Assembly (NCBI GenBank): GCA_904063045.1
Contig: CAJFCJ010000004.1
Location: 1,295,713-1,359,712, forward strand
Origin: Dimorphilus gyrociliatus
Taxonomy: Eukaryota; Animalia; Annelida
DNA: 64,000 nt
Reading direction: 5' to 3'
The translations under genes and the position numbers were made by a program. The notes under the pieces were generated by a model. That model did no database searches, had not been told where the DNA came from, and saw nothing but the letters and a program-made list of their open reading frames with translations. Shown one piece after another: positions 37,701 to 51,199 of this stretch; the stretch's first letter is position 1; each line of letters opens with the position of its first letter.

Positions 37701-40700
37701 TTAACTATTACGTACTCTTGTTCGTCCATTCATTCCTTCTTTCTCTCTCTATTTCTCTCTCTCACTCGTCTTATACAAGCTCTCAAACATTTACACAAGA
37801 ACGAATACAAGACGCTATACGTTTACAATTGTAAATATAGTATATACATTTTTACTTATTTTTCCTATTCTCTTCCTCCATCTTTAAATAAAACCATCTG
37901 AACCATTGAACCACGTCATTTTCATTTTGTTTTAGTATAAAGAACAAAACAGAGCAAACCGAATTATATTTACAAAATAAATTATTAATAAAAAGTTAAT
38001 AATTCAACTGCTTAAAAAGTAAGGAGAAGTAAATGAATCGTAGAATCTAGTGTTTTCTATTTCTATCACCTTTTTCATTTCTCTAATGTTGCTTCTCTTT
38101 TTTATAAAATAAATATAACATTAACCATTAGTTTTTCTGTTGTAAAATGAATTACAATTGATCTCCAGGTGAATTTAAACAACCTTTTAACTTTGTGTTT
38201 TAAGCAAAATGTAAAGAAATATGAATTATAAGAGATTGTTAAATAAACTGATAGCACTTCTACTGATTTTTTGATTTTGAGGACAAAAGAACATCATAAT
38301 ACACGTTTGAAGGTGACACAACAAATTTAATAATAAAGAGAAAGTTGAGTGTTATATACTAGTTTTTTTTCTCTTCCCTATCTCCTTCTCTCTATCTTCT
38401 CTATTCTATTTAATAAGTAAGATACAACGATAAAAAATTTAATCTAACATAAAACGATTTAAAAAATAATCCGTGTTTTAGTCAATAAAATTAGTATTCT
38501 CTTGATCATAGACAAAAATTAGGTAAGTGATTTTCATTAATTGCTATACGGTAATTAATTAATTTCGTTTAGAAATTACTCGTTAAAACAACGAAAACAT
38601 TCAATAATAAAAGAATGATAACTAATTTTGTATCTATATTTTATAAATCTTATAAGGCGTAACAAGATATACAGTGTCAAAAAAGTAGGATTGTTTCAGA
38701 TAATTATAATTAATTGTACTAATTTTAAAGAGAAAAATAATTAATCCTATCCAGATCTACAAAAACAAACATTCCTCTATTTGCCTAAAAATATGTTAGG
38801 GTATGTAACCATATTGATAAATTTCCATAGATATATCTATCTAGGATTGTCAATATTTGCTCCATGGACTCTCAACGCCCTTTATGCTAAGCTTATTAAC
38901 CATATATCTTTCATAGTTGTTTGTAAGAAACTACTCATCCCCTTGTATAATTATTACAAAGGTAGTCTATTTTATTAAAGATGGCCTAGTTTGATTATCT
39001 ACTAAATACATTGGTCTCAATAAATAGGCTCATATTGAAAGAGATTTATACTATTTTTGATAGGATATATCATTCATTGTTTTAAAAAAAAAGCATTTAA
39101 TAGGATAAAAATAAAACGAAAGAAATAGCTTGCATGTTTTTTTATTATTGTTAACATAGAAAATAGTTATTTTTGTTTGGTGTAAAGAGCTGATGTTTCG
39201 TTTTACCATGTGTAAACTACTCAAGTAGCTGTATATTTTGATGGAATACTCTATACAAAAATACTGCAGTATATTGCAGTAAAATGTTAGAATACATATC
39301 TAAATGTATAAACCATTGCAGTTGTTGTAAGTGCAAAGTCTTTTATTTACTTTTCACATCTTCTATAAGGTTGAATTTTACAATACGTAATTGTAGTTTT
39401 TTATTACATCTTACTAATTAAGTGAATGAAAAATTTATTACACTATTAATACTATAGAAAAGAAAACAATAAATTATAAACCTTTCCTCTCCTTCCCTCT
39501 CTCTTGTTTTCTCTATAGCTCTACCTCTTTTTATTTCTGCTAAGTGTATACAATCAATAAAGATATGTTCTATTAGAACTTGAAGAATAAAGATATTCAA
39601 TAATTACAATAGAAGGTCTTTTTTTTAACTCAGCTGGTGTAAATGCGAGAATTGGCTGTTTAATAATAAAGTAGCTTTTCCTATGTTTTTTTTATTGTTA
39701 AATAAATAGATTTTTTATTTGATTTTCTATAAAATATTTAAAACTGAAAGTATTAAACACTCAAAAAACTCTGAAAATATAAAGTAAACCATAAATATAT
39801 GTTTGAAGCATTGAGTTATACAATATGTGAATACTAAATAAGGTTAGCGTTAAATTTGATGACATTTAAGGCTTTATTTATATCTTCATTAACAAAAGCC
39901 TTTGTTCTTTATTTAGATATCCCATAATAATTATTATTATTTAAATTAATTGTTAAATCTTTATATGCTTGGATATATATATATATATGTTTATACTGTA
40001 TACATCACTAAAAAATGAATGAATATTTAAAGAAATGTAAAAAGAATATTAAAAAATGTCATCAACAACATTCTCATATTTCTACAATGTTATATTGGTA
40101 ACTTTAATCAAAGAAATCCATGCTATACTATCTTTATTAATTTTAGGAAATGTATCTAAATGCGTCTGTATGATAGGTTACAGCTAACTTATTAACCATA
40201 GCATTCGTTGTCTCAGAAGCATTGTTTAATACATTAATACAATTAAAGATTTACAGTTAAAAATACTCATAACTGTTGTATTGGTGTAATATGAACATGG
40301 AGAGGTACTTGGAGAAAACCGGATATAAATAAGCTTCAACTTAGCTTTTTAAAAAATATATACAAAATTGTATGGCTGTCTTTTAAGGTCCAAAGTTAAA
40401 ATTTTAATCTGGATGTTACGATATTAATTATTTAAATATACCACAAAGAGTAGATATATTCCCGAGAGCTGAAGTTAATCCCTTTCATGAAAAAAAGAAC
40501 TATAGCAAAACTTAATTATCATCCAAAAAATATAAAAAGCAATTTAGTAAATAAGGTCTTTAACTGTTGCAAATGATTTTTCATCCTACCTTTCTCTCTC
40601 TCCCTCTCTCTCTCTTCTTTTTTTACTGCAATACAACTGGTGTATTCCAACTTGAAAGGATATTATAATAAGCGTATTCATTTGATAATTCATTAATCAC

Positions 40701-42452
40701 TATAGCCGTTTAATTATTAGTCATCTATCAAAAGTTTTTTCAACTGGACAATTAGATATTTAAAAGAGAAGTGTCTTACGTGTAAATGTTACAAGAAAGC
40801 TGTAAAATACATCTACCTCTTTTTCTTCTGCTTCCCTTTATACCTTTCGCGATATTAGCAGATACACTAACAAACACAAAATAAGATACAAATATTCTAT
40901 CTCTTTTTCTCTTTCCCCTTCCATCTCTATCAAGTCCCTAGATACTCTTATAAAAAAATAACGTAAATGTTATAAACTTTTGTGTAATAATTTAGTTCAA
41001 GCTATTTTCTCTTTGATATAAAACGCAAAAAGTATTTCCAAATATACTATAAAGACAGTTGGAAAATTAAATGGATGCTAAAAAATATGTAAAAGAAATT
41101 CAAGGTTAAAATAAAGTTAAAAGACAAAAAAAACTGTACTTAAGACACAAAAGAGGATAAGTTATAAAAGAAACTTAAAAAGAAAGAAGATAGTGATCTG
41201 TGAATTAGGGAAATGAAGAAAACTTGTCTATTGTACAATTTTTATTTTTCAGTTAATGATAATAAAAAAATTCATAAAATTATCAAATTAAACCTGCAAG
41301 AAAATATTTAGCTAAAAGAGAAGACATGGATGATTTGTACAAAGCGGACTGAGTAATGGACAATAAAATTGACACTATATAAACTGTATAAAAAAGTAAA
41401 TATGTTACCTAGGCCTGTCCTTAGTCTCTAGAGTGATGGAAAATTTAGCAAATAGAACTAATCCGCTTCATATATGAGTGCAATACATAATGTAAAAGAC
41501 CCTACAGAAGCGTTGTTGTTTTATTTCAATACACTAATCTATCGTAGTCTCTTGAGAGACACTAAACGAGGTTGGTGTTTGATTATTTATAGTGAACATT
41601 TGAATATCACGGTAACCGTGTATTAAATTTCCCAATCTCCAATACATGTTTATTTCAGTTCGCTTTTAACTCAATTAGTCTTTTATTTTTTTTCTCTAAT
41701 CTATAACTAAACAATTCAATATATTAAAGCTATAGCTTACTTAAGAGAAATACACCTGGTAGTAGTTTATCAGAGAATTATAATCAACTTAGTTACGCTT
41801 AACCTATAAAGTGATTACGTATATGTTTTTTAAAACCATTATTTAAAAATTTCCACCTAGAAGATGAAACGTAATTGGCCTGGTTTATAACTAAATTTGT
41901 CAAGTATGTCACTAATAATAAATTTGTCAAATTCACTATTTATTATATTCTATTACATTTTGAAAGGTAAAGAGTATGAACAACTGCAAAACAGAAATGC
42001 TTTTCTATATTACCTACTGTTATTGGTTTTCGCTTTTATTCTTTTTCTCTCTCTCTTTCGCTGTCTGACGAATATTTAAAAATACTTGTTCACAAAACGT
42101 AGCTATTCATGTAAATATCCATACATTCATCCATACGTTACTGCATACTTGCATATGTACATATATATATATATATATATATATCTAAAATATCGCGGAG
42201 AAAAATCACCCAGTATATAAATAATAAATTTGTACTCTTGTACTAGAATTCTGTTTTTTATCTATTTCATTCCTGTAAACCTTTTTTCATATAATTATTC
42301 TCCCTTTAAACATGTTATTCTGGTTCATAGAGCTTTTGTCATAAGTATCAGACAAGATATTCCATTTACTTACGAGTTCCATTGGACCTCCGTATAATAT
42401 TTTCCAAGAAAGTATTTTGAGGTGCAACCAAGCCCCTCTTGGATCCAGGCAT
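28721..42452 (-). CDS. eag: Ether-a-go-go voltage-gated K+ channel (KCNH1/5 family)
   Basis: Six exons 42452-42374 ([23 protein letters not shown]), 37407-37177 (PAS), 36449-36184, 33857-33050 (S1-S6, [11 protein letters not shown]4, TSVGFGN filter), 30928-30729 (C-linker), 30202-28721 (CNBHD with LTYNL intrinsic ligand, [11 protein letters not shown] CaM site, coiled coil). Phases compatible. Confidence 0.98.
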
Positions 42453-42557
42453 CTTGTTAAATAAATTCTCTTTTCTTTCGCTTTTCCTTTACGTCATAGC
42501 GTATCCGAACGAACAGGCGTGGCGCGACTGAGCGTTAATAGACGTCCGTTTAAACCA

Positions 42558-42600
42558 TGCGCGCATGCGTAGTTTGTCTATCGCACCTGATCATGGCGTC
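42558..42600. promoter_or_regulatory. CpG-rich promoter element upstream of eag with NRF-1-like GCGCATGCG
   Basis: tgcgcgcatgcgt at 42558-42570 inside a CpG-rich patch about 110 bp above the eag ATG. Confidence 0.45.
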
Positions 42601-45600
42601 CGTTGCTGTATGAAATATTCATTGTTGTTATATCGTTACCATAGTGACTTCATACTGATAGGGTTTAAAAATATGATTTAACCAAAAAGTTTGTGAATAG
42701 TAAAAGGTCCAATGTGATTAGAAATATATCAAAACATATGTAAATGAGGAGAATAGTTGGAACAATAAGTAAATAGGAAGTAGGGAGGGACTGTTCAAAT
42801 ATGTTTGTTCCTATGTTTATTTTGGATCGTCACTGAGGACATTTTCTGAAGGTCGATATCTCTGTTGAATGAATTATCTTTTTTTGTTTAAGATTTCATC
42901 TCATGCATTAATTTAAATTAAAAAAAGTTTACAGCTCTCAAATGAATTGTTGTTCTTATTTCATTAAGATTCGGAGAAACTCTGCTACTTAGCAAGAAAG
43001 AATAAGAAATTGAATAGATAAAAGTCTTGAAAGCTGTTAAAAAGGAATATCTATTGACAGAAAAGAAAAAAAACAATAATTTAACTATAGGTTTACGCTA
43101 CATCCTTATTGATCATTCTCTACAAACATCATATACCTCTTTAACTTAACGCAGCATTAACGCCAAACAAACAATCTTTTTAGGGGACGTGCTACAAAAA
43201 ATATTAATATTAATATAATCCAGAGTTATTTAACTTTTGTTGTTTTCATCATTTTTCTCAAAAGACCATCGGTCGCTTTGTTTTCGACAATAAAAACGGA
43301 TATACAGCGAGGCAATTTACCATAACGACTTAGCACTTAATGACGACTCGTTAAGCCTATATAGTAATATTTTTTATCAATTTTACTTTTACAAGTCTTT
43401 TGTTTGGGATTGGATTTGGAGTGCAACTTTATTGATAGTAAATAATAAACAAAAATTTTAAGGAAGGAGCTTTTCATTTAAAAAAAGGAGAGGAAAAGAA
43501 AGAATAAAACATGAGAAAAAATTGGACGCAGAAGGAAAAGTAAGGCAGGTAGATGGTTGGAAGGGATTAAGAGCGATAGAGAGAGAGAGAAAGACATAGA
43601 CAGATAAAGAGATAGATAAAAGAACTTTAAAAACGAGCCCACAAGACTGGAAATGAAAAATTATCTTTAAAATTTATATTCTTAAGAATTCTCCTATTCC
43701 TTTTAGAATTTATTAACTCAATATAATTTCATTTTATTAACAAACTGGACAAAGAACAGATAGCAAATTATTCAAAAGCTCTAATTTTATTTTATACCGT
43801 TTGGCACTCAAACTCCCTTTGGAATTGGTAGTGCAGATGCTCTTTTTATTTCTTTAGCCACACTTTTCCAAACAAACAATTATTATACTTTTTCCAGATA
43901 CTTTTCCATTATTTTACAAACAATAATCTGAAAACCTTTGCATGACTTTTAGTATAAACACTTTAAAGGCTTTTACTGTTGTACCTACACTAACGCCATC
44001 TAAAGTTCGGACATATTATATTTTTATAATAGAGCTTATATTTAATTTTTATTAATAAATTATATCTGTTCATTTATATTGTTTAGCTTCATAAATTAGC
44101 CGAAATATTATTAATTATACATTAAACCAGCGCATTTTCAAGTTTAAATAAGTTAAAAATATTATTATAATAGAGAACAATATAACTTTACTAATACATC
44201 CATAAACATATGCAGTATATGTATTACAATACAATGTATATGTAACAAAAAAAATAGAATATTTTCTAAAGAAAGAGTTGCTCTTATTGATTCTTTTTCT
44301 CTTTTTCTCTTTTTTAAGAAGGAAAAGGTAGGAATAAAATGATCAAGTACTCTTTTCTATACGATATTACGAATTATATGACAAAATAATTTCGAAAATC
44401 GATCGATTTTTCAATAGAAAGTTGAATAACGATCGACTTTAAGACAATGATTTAGTCGATAAAAAAAGACTCAGTACAAATGTGAATTCGTGAATTATTA
44501 CGTATTCAAGTCCTTCTGATCAATTATTAAAAATAAATCATTTCTCTTTTTAAACATTCAATTCTAATGTAGAAGGTTTTGTATAAAGATTTCATTAAAC
44601 TGTCCTTAAATGCACTATTTATATACATTGTATATAGATACTTAAATACTCAAATATATCAATTATCGCGCTAATTAAAACAAAAAATATTAATGAATTT
44701 ATTAAAAATAAAGGAAATTTCTAATTTTCTTTAATTTTCTATCGCTGCACTGCTTTCTTTTCTATCATCGCTACTTCCTCCCCTTACGCTCTCTCTCTCT
44801 TTTTTTTTACTTTCCTTATTTATCCTCTTTCCTTACTTCTAAACTTTAATTTTATTAATTAAAATATATTAAAATATATTTTAAAAGGCAATTCGTTTAA
44901 ACTTCAATTCGTAATCCATTACTCCCATCGGATTCCTAACAAGATGCATCTCCTCTTTTAAAGTAGATTTATCTAAGCTACACTGCATAAGACGCTAATC
45001 AATTAATCATGGTCACGAAAATGTTTCTTTAGGAATTGTTTTCAAACACGACCGATCAATTTTAATAGATAAACTAACCTGTATTTCTTGGAAATTTCCT
45101 CTCTCACCACAAAATCATCATATTAAAAAAAAATTAAAGAAAAATTATATATTTCCTTTTAATTATCAAGAAAGAATAGAAAGAGAAACAAGAATAAAAC
45201 AATTAGCAAAATACTAGTTGTTTTTCATTTATCGAAAGGTTATTATTGCAAATGTAAATTATGTTTATTCACAAAATTCTTTAAATGTTAATCAGACTGT
45301 GAGTCATTGAAAACTGTCATATTTAATATATAAGCTTACGTTTTACAGAATACAACTAGAATTATAAACATGTGTACAATACTCATTAAGTACACCTAAA
45401 GTTTATGCTGATTTTTACATTCTATCAGCAAAAACAAATTGTTTTTTTTCTCATATATCACGTGATTGTTTATTTAGGAAGAATACGAGAACAATCACAT
45501 AAGAAATAGATAAAAAAAATATCCCTAAAGAATTTTGATAAAAGTAAAATGCATTGTTCTCTTATTAAATATAGAAAAAAGGAGAAATATGGTATATTTT

Positions 45601-45910
45601 TATATTAATTATATGAAAAAAGCATATAAAAATGAAAAGTACAAATATATATTTTAGATTGAGTAGGTATAATGTGTTTTCTTGTATGAAACAAGTTCAC
45701 AATGATTGTCTGAGAGTTGTATTTCATTGAAAATTGTATCGAATTGAACTTTTATGATAGAAAATCTACTGAAAATTAATATTATTTATATAAAATCCTT
45801 CAATAAATCAGAGTAAAACTATAAAAAATTAATTAATCGAGTTTTTCTGCTTTTTAGAGAAAATATGTTAATCAAGGTATGCATATACTATTTGTTTTAT
45901 ATACTATACT

Positions 45911-48122
45911 CTACGTAAACTTCATCTTTGCCGGACCTTTCAGTGGAGATGTTTGCTTCAAGTTTCTTTCATGACAATTATAAGTTCCAGCGCCGTGCTT
46001 ATTTTTTATTAATGTCATACTATCGATAACTTTACCATTCTGCATAAAAAAAATGAGAAAAATTGCCATAGAATTAATTGGTTTTAATATATTAATAGGG
46101 AAAAAAATATTGTGCTTTACCTGATCGTCCGATACTTGTTCGATGTGTAAATGACTTGAATTCAGAACAGTCATTCTTGCATATCCATAATCATCGCTAT
46201 GAAAAGCACTCCAGGTATTAGGTAATGGTAAAAATGGATCAACTCCTTCCTGACAACCCTAATTAAATGTGAATATAGATAAAGTTTAAAAATTTGAATA
46301 AAAGTGTATTTGTAAAAAGGTAGTAGTCTCCTTTAACTTACGGCCGAACCAGTAACAATATGAACAGGGGCTGAAGGATTTAAATAAGGATTATTTGCCG
46401 AGCCATTGCAAACTGTTAAATTGTAAACTGGCCACATTCTTTCGTAGGCATGTTCATGAGCTTGAAAGGCAACATCTACCCCGTATTTATAAAGTAATTT
46501 TTCAATACCATAATCTTCTCCAAAAGGAAAACCAATTCTAATCTATTTATTAATGTTAAATATTCAATATGAATAATTTAATGTTCGACTTACAATATTT
46601 TCAGCATTGGTACAATGTTCTGGATCATCTGCATTTGAACAGTATAAAGGTCTATGAAACATAGCAATAATCCAGGGTGTTTTCTTTCTTCTTTCGGGTA
46701 AATTTGCTTTCTGAAATGATTTAAATTCCATTTAATTGGCAGATATATTAAAAATGTATTAATGAGAGTTGTTAATTTAAAAGATTTACCTTTAAATCAG
46801 ACTCTAGCCATCGATATTGATTAGCAATCTGATTCCATCCATATTTTGTAAAATAGTAATATTCCGACGAAAAACTAATAAAATGAACTGGGCCGATATC
46901 AAAACTGTTTCAATTAAAAGAATTATAAAATTACGTCCAGGGAAAGCAATTTCAGAAGAAAGAAAATTTTTTAATTAAGTATTAACCTAAAAAACATATT
47001 ATGGCCATCGCCTTGAGCTTTAGGCATAGAAAAACGGCTCATATAATTCGAGAAGTTGCTGTTCACAACGAGTTGAGAAATCAATTAAGTATAATGAAAT
47101 TTTAAAGAAACGAACTAGTTTTGTTCATGATTTCCTGCGCATGTCATATAAGGAACGTAGGCAGCGATTGATTGAATCTGATTCATGAAGGCGTCACCAA
47201 CTTTGGCATCGTCCTGTAAATTTAATGGCTTCGCTATGAATATTTAAAAAACGAAAACTTCCTCTAAGAGCCTACAGTATCCAAATTATAAGCAAAGTCC
47301 CCAACATGGAGGATTGCGTCGAAGTGACCTCGCTGCACTTCTTCTTGCAACCGGGAAAGGGATTGGGCATTAACATTTCCCATATCACCATAAATTGCAA
47401 ATCTAGTAATTAACATTAGATAATGCAGTGAGTTACACAGTATTGGGGATTAAATTAATATTTGAAATATGTATTTTCTCTACCTAGGAGACCAGTGTGA
47501 TCCATCTTTAATCGCCCTAAAAAAATATACGCTACTCCAGCCGCCGTCTGGTGAACCACAATGGTAAACTGAAAATAAATTAGGGATAATATAATTTCAA
47601 CTGTTTGACATGTAAAAGATATAAGATTTAGAAATAATTAGGCTTTTCAAGATAAAGATCTGTCTAAAGACCATTTCACTTTTTAAATGATAAAAGTTAA
47701 CGCCTAGAGACGAGAACAATACATAAAATTTTAACTAACTGTACATAGTGCCCGGTTTTAAATCTCTTAGAACAACACGATGATTAAAGAATTCTCTTCT
47801 TTCCGGTCCTCCATCAGTAAATTTTATCGAACTTCCCTTTTCAAATTTATCAAATTCTTTTTCACCATATTCCACTATTGTTGAATTTGTATTTTGTTGA
47901 GTAATCCATGTTACCACCATTTCATTAGGGGATTCTAAAATAATAATAACCTACAGTATGGCTGAATTTAAATGTTATATAATATTTTTAATCCATAAAT
48001 AGTTTAATAATAATAATATATATACCTCCAAGACTAAGGTGAATTTGTTCAGGGGATTTATAAACTTCATTTCTAGCTAAATCTACTAGAATTACCAAAA
48101 TGAGCGTTAATAATTTAAGCAT
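45911..48122 (-). CDS. ACP7: Purple acid phosphatase, ACP7/PAPL type, secreted
   Basis: 11 exons; signal peptide [27 protein letters not shown]3 domain, and all metal motifs: [31 protein letters not shown]. Confidence 0.95.
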
Positions 48123-48209
48123 TTTAGTAGAATATATGGCTAAAATATTATCGCCTTGTTTATAAACACATTGCCAAGGTCATATGCATTGACGATGAAA
48201 AAATATAAA

Positions 48210-48219
48210 GCGCCATCTT
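48210..48219 (-). promoter_or_regulatory. YY1-like motif (AAGATGGCGC on minus strand) in the ACP7 / coiled-coil divergent promoter
   Basis: gcgccatctt lies between two head-to-head ATGs about 215 bp apart. Confidence 0.4.
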
Positions 48220-48337
48220 ACGGTTATACTTGATTTCTATTTTAAGGTGCTTATACAGTTCCAATAGATTTCTGGAGATTTTTTTTTTGTTAATTAATTT
48301 TTATCAATTGATTCAAGAGGTTTGCCAAAAGAACAGC

Positions 48338-50344
48338 ATGAGTGCAGAAATATGTTTAAAATGTGCCAAATATAAACAATTCTGTATGGAAGAAATGAGG
48401 AGAATGGAGAAAGAATTATTCGATTTTCAAGAGATTTGCAACAAACAGGTAAAAATTAGACTTGATCATTTATAATAAAAAAACTGTACTAAAACTATAA
48501 AAAAAATGCCATAGAAATAGGATGAATAAAGAGACTATCAAATTTAATACATACACTTTTAAAGGTTATACTAAGTTATTCTTTAGTAATTTATCAGTGT
48601 TTTCTTTCTGCTTTTTTGTCAAAATATACCATAAAGCCTAGGGATATTATAGAACATTACTTGTGTACTAGTACACAATTTCATCGTTCTACCTTCTATT
48701 TTCTGTTCTTCCTTTTATCATTTCTTTTGCCTATATCTTTTTTTATATTATGAAAGCTATTCCTCCTTTTCCCCCTCACACCTCCTCGTCCTCCTCTTCC
48801 TTCTATTCTCAGTTTATCCTAAACTGTATGTGCTTGGAAAATTTTCACTATTCATTATTAGTTTTTTAACGTTGAACTCCATTCATTCGATCTTGTTAGA
48901 TAAAATACTAGTTCAATTAGAAAAATAGCTTTGTTATTTGAATATCCATTAAATTTCTGTAATTGATTGGGTGTTTCAACATTTCTTTATTTTATATTCG
49001 TCTGGCAACTTCCATTAAAAAATATGTATATTCTTATTCTTTTCTTCTCGCCCCTTTCTAATAACATGAATCATATTTAAGATAAAAGAAGCAATGGAAA
49101 AAGGAAAAACTGTCAAGGAAGGACTGCAAATTGAGATTGAAGCTCTCAAAAAAGAAAAGAAAAGATTAAAGAAAAAGAAAGATTTAAGTGAAAATGCCGA
49201 CATTGCATCTAGGACCAGCACGTTTTACAGGTTGCCAATTAATTGTATTAGCTTAATTATATTGTTACATTTTGCGTGACAAATTCATTTTTTCACTCTT
49301 TTATGCTTCTCTTCAAATATTCATTCAGAAATAAACAAAAATTGAGCGAAGCTGAAAGTGAAATAGTTGAAAAAGAAGAGGATTTAGTTGAAAGGCATGA
49401 AAGAATTTTAGAACTTGAACGAGAGGTGAATAACAATGCATTTAATTTGTTGCATGTTAACAAAAAGTTGTGAAGTTTCACCTTTTTTTCCACTATTTTC
49501 CCTTTCTTTATTGAAGTAAGAGGGATAAAAATGTTAGAAAAACTGGAATTATTAGTTCATGCACTAACCGAACTAAATTAGGCACCGTATCAACCTATGT
49601 GCTATAATTATCCCTTTTCTATATGATTATTGCATAACTATAAATCAAAAGCACTACGTGAGAGTTGAAGGTTGCTACTATTCTTTCTATATACGTCTGA
49701 CAGATTGAGGAGAAGGAGGAATTTCTAAAGAAACGCTCTATAATTGTAAAAAAGAAAGAGCAAGATTTATATGACTATGATGAACATTTAGTTAAATTAT
49801 CATCCGAATTGGATTTAAAGAAAAAGGAACTAGAAAAAGAATGTCAAGATACTCATGGAGTTAAAAGAAGAGAGACAGCTAAATTAAATTGGGATTTTTT
49901 AAGAAAAGCTTTTAAATCTAAAGTTACATATTCCAGTGGTAATTCAAGTGAACTTGAAATAGAATTAAAAGAAACACAGAGAAACTTATCAGAAAAAGAA
50001 GAAATTATTCAACGATTAACAGACAAGGTTCAATATTATTTTGTCTATCTTTTCTTACCATTATATTAACATATTTTATTAAAAATTCACACAAATAGGT
50101 AACAAAATTGGAATATTCTCGTCTTCAAATAAATAAGAGATTAGAGCAATACGAATCGAAGCCATCAATTATAATAACGAGTGATGATAAACCTTACACA
50201 GCCGAAGAGGTTAAGTTTCCACCCCCTTTAAATAGGAGTAGATCAGTTGGCGGTAGCCTAAGACGAGAAAGTAATAATAGTGCATTTCAGTATACATATG
50301 AAAATGAGGCTCCTTTGGTGTCAACGACTTGCTCTCTAATGTAA
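48338..50344 (+). CDS. Uncharacterised coiled-coil protein with C-terminal CaaX (CSLM)
   Basis: Five phase-compatible exons 48338-48448, 49082-49230, 49329-49425, 49704-50027, 50099-50344; E/K-rich heptad-like sequence; ends ..VSTTCSLM*. Confidence 0.8.
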
Positions 50345-51199
50345 CTATTTGGGATTTAAGCAAAAGGTCCTCGTTTTACCCATAAACACGATAGGAAAAT
50401 ATATATAAAACAATTAGAAAAAGAAGAAACAAAGTTTGATTATTTTATTTATTTAATTGGAAAAAAAAATCTCCTAAAATAGCAACAAAAAATTGACTTA
50501 GAAAACTAATTAAAATCTATTTCAATTTGTTATCTTGAATTGATGTTCACGATGTTTGTTTTTTTTCTTTATTTTGAACGATCAATAATACCATGATTGA
50601 TTCTAATCCTTTTTTTCTTTTTTTTTTCTAACATTCAGCACTTTTTATCCCGATTTTCCCCATTTGATAAAGAAACGCACAATCCAAACGGGAGGGAACG
50701 AACTTTCAACTATATTTTCAGCATCTTCGAACAACTAACCGCACAATCGTTTTAACTTTTACACAGAAGATGGCCTTAGTGCTGAAAATAATAAATTGAC
50801 TAAAAGACGCGTTTAGCACGTTGAGAAGGGATAATTACATATTATTATTTACTATTTATTGTTCATTGAATCTATACAACGAAAATAGTAATTAATCTTT
50901 TAACAAATCTAATATTTATTATTGATCTACCATCTTATTGGGTGAGAAATGTTGAGGGAAAAACAACAAATGGGCGTTTATTTACCTCTATCAGATTATA
51001 TATTAATATTTTATGATAAATTACGAAACCTTTCCCGTTTTGTTGATTTTACTCTATAAAGTTTTTAGATATTTGCAATAGCTTATATCTGGGACAGTAT
51101 ATCTTACTTAAACATCCTCTTAAAGAGGGAAAAAATATTACTTCCATCAGTAATCTATTTTCAAAGGGCTTCAGATAATCTTGTATGCATTTGAAACAA

